A DNA stretch of 64,000 bases from Myxococcota bacterium (GTDB lineage: Bacteria > Myxococcota_A > UBA9160 > JAFDDA01): the NCBI GenBank assembly GCA_965228475.1, contig OZ245817.1, forward strand, positions 2,784,001-2,848,000. The letters run 5' to 3'. A model generated the notes under the pieces. It had not been told where the DNA came from and made no database searches. It saw only the letters and a program-made list of their open reading frames with translations. Positions 58,518 through 64,000 of this stretch are shown here, one piece after another; position 1 is the stretch's first letter, and each line of letters opens with the position of its first letter. Position numbers and translations under genes: made by a program.

Positions 58518-59363
58518 TCAGCCCAGCCGCGCGGCGGCGGCGCGCAGCAGGCGCTGCACCGGGTAGCGTTCGGGATCCTGGTCGCGCCGTTCCGCCAGCA
58601 CGCCGACGCCCATCTCGATCTCGCGCCCGACCTCCTTGCGCAGCTCGAAGCACGCGTCGCGGTCCTCGTGCCGGCCAGCCCAGGCCGTCGTGTCGATGGG
58701 CTCCGCGAAACGGAAGTACTGGCGCTCGAGGCGGGGCAGCCCGAAGGGGCCCTTCCCGAGCGAGAGAGACGGGATCGCTTCCCCGCCCCGGAACCAGGCC
58801 TGTTCGGTGATGCCGAGCCGCCGGAGCAGCGAGCCGACGGGGGAATCGAGCACGTGGTCGACGTCGAGGAACACCTCGAACATGTCGTCGACGCCGAGCG
58901 AAGTGAACGGCACGATCGGCACGCCGTACTCGATCGCCATGCGCGCGAAGCCGATGCGCTCCTTCCAGATCAGCTTGTACTCCTCGCCCCGCCGCCGGTT
59001 CACTTCGCGCCCGCCGCCGGGGAAGACCATCACGGCGTGCCCTTCGCGGAAGAGCTGCGCGCAGTTCTCGCGGGAGCCCACGACCGCGCCCATGCGCGAG
59101 AGGAGCCCCCGCCAGCCGGGGATCTGGTAGTGCAGCGTGTCAGCCAGGCCGCGGATGTGGCGACCCGTGCCCTCGTAGATCGAGAGGCCGAGCATGGCCG
59201 CGTCGAGCCCGCCGTAGATGGTGTGGTTGCCGACGAAGAGGACCGGGCCCGCCTTCGGGACGTTCTCGAGGCCGAGCGCCACGGGGCTCAGGAGTTGGCG
59301 CAGGGGTGCGAGCGCCCGCTGGTACGCCTCGAGGGAGATCGGTTCGAACGGGGGGACGGCCAT
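58518..59363 (-). CDS. Lysophospholipid/diacylglycerol acyltransferase family protein
   Basis: GLENVP, FVGNH....D, VFPGGGRE, GFARMA...VPIVP. Confidence 0.9.
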   Translation of the reverse strand: MAVPPFEPISLEAYQRALAPLRQLLSPVALGLENVPKAGPVLFVGNHTIYGGLDAAMLGLSIYEGTGRHIRGLADTLHYQIPGWRGLLSRMGAVVGSRENCAQLFREGHAVMVFPGGGREVNRRRGEEYKLIWKERIGFARMAIEYGVPIVPFTSLGVDDMFEVFLDVDHVLDSPVGSLLRRLGITEQAWFRGGEAIPSLSLGKGPFGLPRLERQYFRFAEPIDTTAWAGRHEDRDACFELRKEVGREIEMGVGVLAERRDQDPERYPVQRLLRAAAARLG

Positions 59364-59414
59364 CGGTCTCTCCTTCCCAGCATCCGCGCTGGTGATGGGC
59401 AGGAAACCCCAAAA

Positions 59415-59446
59415 TGAGGATATTGTCAATATTGAAATTACCCTCA
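59415..59446. promoter_or_regulatory. AT-rich inverted repeat, probable TetR operator
   Basis: TGAGGATATTGTCA-atat-TGAAATTACCCTCA (11/14 arm match) with central perfect palindrome TCAATATTGA. Confidence 0.7.
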
Positions 59447-59467
59447 AATCTGGGCTAGAGTCACCCC

Positions 59468-60106
59468 ATGGCATCAGGAACCGAAGAACCCCGGACCCGG
59501 GGGCATCGAAAACGGGAGAAGACCCGGCGCCAGCTCATGGCCGCCGGCCTGCGGGCCCTGGCCGAGAAGGGCGAGGGGTTCACCGTGAGCGACGTCGTGG
59601 CCGAGGCCGACGTCTCGAACGGCACCTTCTACAACTACTTCGTCGACCGCGACGAGCTGCTCGATGCCCTGACCGAGCAGCTGGCGCTCTCGCTCGCCAC
59701 GGCCACGGCCGGCGAGGCGATCGCGGACCCGGCCCGCCGGTTCGCCCGCGGCTCGGCGCGCATGATCCAGGCCGCCGTCGCCGACGACGTTTTCGCGCGC
59801 GTCCTCCTGCGGCTGGTCGGGCGCCCGGGCGCATCGGTCTCCATCGACCGCTACCTGCGCGAAGACCTCGCCGAGGGCCTCGCCAAGGGCCGCTTCGACG
59901 TCGGGCCGGAGGATGCGGCGCTCGACCAGGTCGCCGGCCTGATCGTGCTCACCATCCGCCGCATCGTCGAAGGCCGCGCGCAGTCGGACGCCCCGGCCCG
60001 CGCCGTCGAGCGCGCGCTCCGCGCCGTGGGCGTGGCACCGGGCGAAGCCACGGAACTCGCGGAAGAGGCCGTCGCCGCCGCCGGGAAGGAAACCCTGCGC
60101 GGCTAG
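59468..60106 (+). CDS. TetR/AcrR family transcriptional regulator
   Basis: TRRQLMAAG...TVSDVVAEADVSNGTFYNYF. Confidence 0.92.
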   Translation: MASGTEEPRTRGHRKREKTRRQLMAAGLRALAEKGEGFTVSDVVAEADVSNGTFYNYFVDRDELLDALTEQLALSLATATAGEAIADPARRFARGSARMIQAAVADDVFARVLLRLVGRPGASVSIDRYLREDLAEGLAKGRFDVGPEDAALDQVAGLIVLTIRRIVEGRAQSDAPARAVERALRAVGVAPGEATELAEEAVAAAGKETLRG

Positions 60107-60121
60107 GTGCCGCGGCCGGCC

Positions 60122-61909
60122 TCAGCGTTTCGGGAAGTAGAGGTCGGTGATCGTGCCCTCGGCGATCTCGGCAGCCATGGCCGACGTCTCCGAGAGCGTC
60201 GGGTGCGCGTGGACGGTGAGCGCGAGGTCCTCGGCGTCCGCGCCGAGCTCGAGAGCGAGCACCAGTTCGGCGATGAGCTCGCCCGCGTGGGGGCCGACGA
60301 CGCCGGCCCCGAGCAGGCGCCCGGACGCCGGATCGAAGAGCAGTTTCGTCAGGCCCTCGCTTCGGTCGATGCCGAGGGCGCGTCCGCTCGCGGCCCACGG
60401 GAAGCTCGCCTTGCGCACCTCGACGCCCTGCTCCTTCGCCTGGAGCTCGGTCAGTCCCATCCACGCGACCTCCGGGTCCGTATAGGCCACCGACGGGATC
60501 GTGAGCGGCTCGAAGGCGACGTTCTTCCCGGCGATCACCTCGGCGGCGGTCTTGCCCTCGTGGGTCGCTTTGTGCGCCAGCATGGGCTGCCCGACGATGT
60601 CGCCGATCGCGAAGATGTGCGGAACGTTCGTGCGCTGCTGCTCGTCGACGGGGATGAAGCCCCGCTCGTCGACGTGGACGCCGGCCCGATCGGCCGCGAT
60701 CAGCGCGCCGTTCGGCTTCCGGCCGACCGCCACGAGCACGCGGTCGAAGACTCCCTCTGCGGGGGCGCCCTCCCCTTCGAGGCTCGCGTGGAGGCCGTCT
60801 TCCTTCGCCTCGATGCCCGTGACCTTCGTGCCCGTGTAGATCGCCTCGTAGCGCGCGTCGATGATCTTCCGCAGGGGCTTCACGAGATCCGGATCCGCGC
60901 CGGTCATCAGCTGGTCGAGCAGCTCGACCACCGTCACCTTGCTTCCGAGCGCCGAGAACACCGAGGCCAGCTCGAGACCAATGATCCCGCCCCCGATCAC
61001 GAGCAGACGTTCGGGGATGTCCTCGAGTTCGAGGGCGTCTCCTGAATCCATCACCCGCGGATCGTCGTTCGGGAAGCTCGGGATGACCACGGAGCTCGAT
61101 CCCGCCGCGATGATCGCGTTCGCGAAGGCGACGGTCTGGCGGCCCTCGCTCCCCTCGACCACCAGCAGATTCGGCCCCTCGAAGCGGCCGTTGCCCTCGA
61201 TCACCGTGACCTTGCGCCGCTTCGCGAGCCCGGAGAGTCCGCCCGTGAGCTTCTTCACCACGGAGTTCTTGAAGCCGCGGACCTTCTCGAGGTCGATCTT
61301 CGGCTCGCCGAACTCGACGCCGTGGTCCCCGAGCCGTTTCACCTCCACGAGCACCTCGGCCAGGTGGAGCAGGGTCTTCGAAGGAATGCAGCCGACGTTC
61401 AGGCAGACGCCCCCGAGCGCCGCGTGACGCTCGACGAGCACGACCTTCTTGCCGAGATCCGCCGCGCGGAAGGCCGCCGTATAGCCGCCGGGGCCGGCAC
61501 CGAGAACGAGCACGTCGGCCGTGACGTCCGCGTCCGGCAGCGTTGCCGCGGGCGCGGGAGCCGCCTCCGCCGGAGCGCTCGGAGGGCTTTGCGACTCCGG
61601 CTTCTCGGCGGGCGGCGGCGGTGGGCTCTCGCTCGGAGACGGCGCCGGCTCCGCGTCGGAGGCCGAATCCCCCGCCACCTCGAGGCGCAGGATCAACCCG
61701 CCCTCGGAGATCACGCTCCCGAGCTCGACGCAAAGCTCGGTCACCGTCCCCGCATGGGTCGACGGGATCTCCATCGTCGCCTTGTCGCTCTCGAGCGTGA
61801 TGAGCGATTGCTCGACCTCGACGGTGTCTCCCGGCGCGACCAGGATCTCGATCACCTCGACGTCTTCGAACTCGCCGATGTCCGGGATGCGGATCTCGAC
61901 CGTGCTCAC
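60122..61909 (-). CDS. lpdA: Dihydrolipoyl dehydrogenase with N-terminal lipoyl domain
   Basis: LESDKATME, Pro/Ala linker, GAGPGGY, GGVCLNVGCIPSK, GGGIIGLE, HAHPTLSE. Confidence 0.96.
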   Translation of the reverse strand: MSTVEIRIPDIGEFEDVEVIEILVAPGDTVEVEQSLITLESDKATMEIPSTHAGTVTELCVELGSVISEGGLILRLEVAGDSASDAEPAPSPSESPPPPPAEKPESQSPPSAPAEAAPAPAATLPDADVTADVLVLGAGPGGYTAAFRAADLGKKVVLVERHAALGGVCLNVGCIPSKTLLHLAEVLVEVKRLGDHGVEFGEPKIDLEKVRGFKNSVVKKLTGGLSGLAKRRKVTVIEGNGRFEGPNLLVVEGSEGRQTVAFANAIIAAGSSSVVIPSFPNDDPRVMDSGDALELEDIPERLLVIGGGIIGLELASVFSALGSKVTVVELLDQLMTGADPDLVKPLRKIIDARYEAIYTGTKVTGIEAKEDGLHASLEGEGAPAEGVFDRVLVAVGRKPNGALIAADRAGVHVDERGFIPVDEQQRTNVPHIFAIGDIVGQPMLAHKATHEGKTAAEVIAGKNVAFEPLTIPSVAYTDPEVAWMGLTELQAKEQGVEVRKASFPWAASGRALGIDRSEGLTKLLFDPASGRLLGAGVVGPHAGELIAELVLALELGADAEDLALTVHAHPTLSETSAMAAEIAEGTITDLYFPKR

Positions 61910-63180
61910 GGGAGGCGTCCCCCACTCACAGGATGAGGTTCCGGATGTCGCTCAGGACGGCCTTCAACCGGGTCGTGAAGCGCACGGCGTCGGCGCCGTC
62001 GATCACGCGGTGGTCGTAGGAGAAGGAGAGCGGGACGATGAGACGCGGTTGGAAGTTCTCGGTCTCCTCGCTCCAGACCGGCTGCAGGCTGGCGCGCGAC
62101 ACGCCGAGGATCGCCACCTCCGGCGCGTTCACGATCGGCGTGAAGGCCGTGCCGCCGATTCCGCCGAGGCTCGAAATCGAGAACGTCCCGCCCTGGAGGT
62201 CCTCGGGCCGGAGCTTCCGGTCCCGGGCCTTCTGGCTCACCGTCGCCAGCTCCTCGGCGAGATCGAACAGGCCCTTCTTGTCGACGTCGCGGATGACGGG
62301 GACGACGAGGCCGCGGTCCGTGTCGACCGCGATGCCGATGTGGAAGTAATCCTTCACGATCAGGGACTCGCCGTCGGGCGCGAGCGACGAGTTCACCTGC
62401 GGGAAGTCCTGGAGCGTCACCGCGCACGCCTTCAGGAAGAAGCCGAGCGGCGTGAGGGAGAGCCCCCGTTCCTTCGCCTCCCCTTTCTTCGCCTGCCGGA
62501 ACTCCTCGAGCTCGGTGATGTCCGCCTCGTCGAACTGCGTGACGTGGGGAACGGTCAGCCACGCGCGGTGGAGATTGCGCGCGGACACCCGGCGGAGCTT
62601 GTTCAGGGGCTGGTGCTCGACGGGCCCCCACTTCGAGAAGTCGATCGTGGGCATCTCGGGCACGGCGAACCCGCTCGGGCTCGGCGCAGCCCCCGCGCCC
62701 CCGGCGAGCGCCTTCTTCACGAAGGCCTCGACGTCCTCCTTCTTGATGCGCCCCTTGGCCCCGGTGCCGACGACCTTGGAGAGATCGACGCCGAGGTCCC
62801 GGGCGAGCCGCCGCACGCTCGGCGTCGCGTGGGCCCGCGACGCACGGGGCGCAGGCCGGCTCTCGAGCGGCGGAGCCTTCGTGAGCATCTGCGCCGGCCC
62901 GGCTTCCGCGACACCCGAAGCCGGCGCGGCGGCCTGGGGCGCGGACGGCTCGGCTGGCCTGGCCGACTCCGAGGACTCGGCCTTCGGAGCCGCGCTGGAA
63001 GCCTCGCCGGCCTTCGCGGGCTCGGCCGACGCTTCCCCCGAGGGTTCGAGCACCGCAATCGGCGACCCCTCGGAGACGAGGTCACCCACCGCGACGGAGA
63101 GCTCCTTCACGACGCCGGCGAAGGGCGACGGGATCTCCATCGTGGCCTTGTCGCTCTCGAGCGTGATGAGCGATTGCTCG
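61761..63180. repeat. Near-identical 54-nt segment shared by the lipoyl-domain coding regions of lpdA (61761-61814) and aceF (63127-63180)
   Basis: GACGGGATCTCCATCGT[C/G]GCCTTGTCGCTCTCGAGCGTGATGAGCGATTGCTCG, 53/54 identical. Confidence 0.85.
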
Positions 63181-63278
63181 GCCGCGACGGTGTCCCCCGC
63201 GGCGACGAGGATCTCGATCACCTCGACCTGATCGAAGTCCCCGATGTCCGGGACCTTGACGGCGCGCCCTTCCGCCAC
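61926..63278 (-). CDS. aceF: Pyruvate dehydrogenase E2, single lipoyl domain
   Basis: LESDKATME, HATPSVRRLAR, PHVTQFD, SYDHRVIDGA. Confidence 0.96.
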   Translation of the reverse strand: MAEGRAVKVPDIGDFDQVEVIEILVAAGDTVAAEQSLITLESDKATMEIPSPFAGVVKELSVAVGDLVSEGSPIAVLEPSGEASAEPAKAGEASSAAPKAESSESARPAEPSAPQAAAPASGVAEAGPAQMLTKAPPLESRPAPRASRAHATPSVRRLARDLGVDLSKVVGTGAKGRIKKEDVEAFVKKALAGGAGAAPSPSGFAVPEMPTIDFSKWGPVEHQPLNKLRRVSARNLHRAWLTVPHVTQFDEADITELEEFRQAKKGEAKERGLSLTPLGFFLKACAVTLQDFPQVNSSLAPDGESLIVKDYFHIGIAVDTDRGLVVPVIRDVDKKGLFDLAEELATVSQKARDRKLRPEDLQGGTFSISSLGGIGGTAFTPIVNAPEVAILGVSRASLQPVWSEETENFQPRLIVPLSFSYDHRVIDGADAVRFTTRLKAVLSDIRNLIL

Positions 63279-63279
63279 C

Positions 63280-64000
63280 CTAGACTCCCACCGGGTTCGG
63301 CTTCTCGGGGTCGACGCCGTACTTCGCGATCGCCTCGCCCACCTTCCCGGCCGGAATCTTGCCTTCGTCGGCCAGGGACTTCAGCGCGGCGATGGCAACG
63401 TAGTGGCGGTTCACCTCGAAGAACTCGCGGAGCTTCACGCGCGTGTCGCTGCGCCCGAAACCGTCCGTGCCGAGCACGCGGTAGGACCGCGGCACGAAGC
63501 CGCGCACCTGGTCCGCGTAGGCGCGGATGTAGTCCGTGGCGGCCACGACCGGGCCCGCCCGCTCCCGGAGGCGTTCGGTCACGACCGGAACCCGCGGCGT
63601 CTCGCCGGGGTGGAGCAGGTTCCAGCGCTCGACGTCGGCGCCGTTGCGGCCGAGCTCGTTGAAGCTCGTCACGCTCCAGACGTCGGACTCGACACCCCAG
63701 TCCTCGCGCAGCAGCGCCGCCGCCGCGATCACCTCGCGCAGGATCGTTCCGCCCCCGAGCAGCTGCACGCGCAGGTCCGAGGCTTCCCCTTCCTGGAAGA
63801 GATACATGCCCTCGATGATCCCCTCGCGCACGCCTTCGGGCATCGCCGGGTGGGCGTAGTTCTCGTTCATGACGGTGACGTAGTAGAAGACGTTCTCGCG
63901 ATCGCGGTACATGCGCTCGAGGCCGTCGTGAAGGACGGTCGCGAGCTCGTAGTTGAAGCACGGGTCGTAGGCCCGGCAGTTCGGGATGGTCGACGCGAGG
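63280..64000 (-). CDS. aceE: Pyruvate dehydrogenase E1, homodimeric type (C-terminal part, truncated at window end)
   Basis: IPNCRAYDP...YEL, YYVTVMNENY, WSVTSFNEL, LGTDGFGRSD. Confidence 0.95.
   Translation of the reverse strand, partial: LASTIPNCRAYDPCFNYELATVLHDGLERMYRDRENVFYYVTVMNENYAHPAMPEGVREGIIEGMYLFQEGEASDLRVQLLGGGTILREVIAAAALLREDWGVESDVWSVTSFNELGRNGADVERWNLLHPGETPRVPVVTERLRERAGPVVAATDYIRAYADQVRGFVPRSYRVLGTDGFGRSDTRVKLREFFEVNRHYVAIAALKSLADEGKIPAGKVGEAIAKYGVDPEKPNPVGV

Noticed and set aside
1..64000. Genome-wide reassignment of UGA (to Trp or Gly) as the explanation for the in-frame TGAs
   Set aside because: Many genes end at TGA with ATGA/GTGA coupling (purE, ATP-grasp, nosR, nosF, nosY), Trp is encoded by TGG throughout, and two of the three sites match catalytic Cys positions

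Overview
GC-rich bacterial chromosomal window with about 55 densely packed protein-coding genes. I recognised no rRNA, tRNA, CRISPR array or mobile element. Content in order: a circularly permuted ATP-grasp / alpha-E / transglutaminase peptide-ligase locus; purEK; a complete nitrous oxide reductase cluster (nosZRDFYL, Tat-type clade I NosZ, sigma-54-like promoter); two TetR-controlled modules with visible operators; several surface proteins (two PEP-CTERM-type, two with a shared CGLGG-(P)EV-TM-Arg tail); an FeS-type photolyase; a wax ester synthase; an aromatic-type catabolic operon; and the 3' part of aceE-aceF-lpdA. The main hidden signal is three genes that the ORF track splits at an in-frame TGA, each followed by a bacterial SECIS-like hairpin. 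Two place the TGA exactly at the catalytic Cys of a thiol-peroxidase family (a UxxC AhpC/TSA-type protein at 9443-10003 and a PrxU-type peroxiredoxin at 22666-23283). The third lies inside a roughly 998-aa secreted FG-GAP/ASPIC-UnbV lipoprotein with a C-terminal CxxC thioredoxin domain (40442-43438), a candidate unusual selenoprotein. All family assignments come from motif recognition by eye and no searches were run. A Myxococcota-like origin is only an inference.
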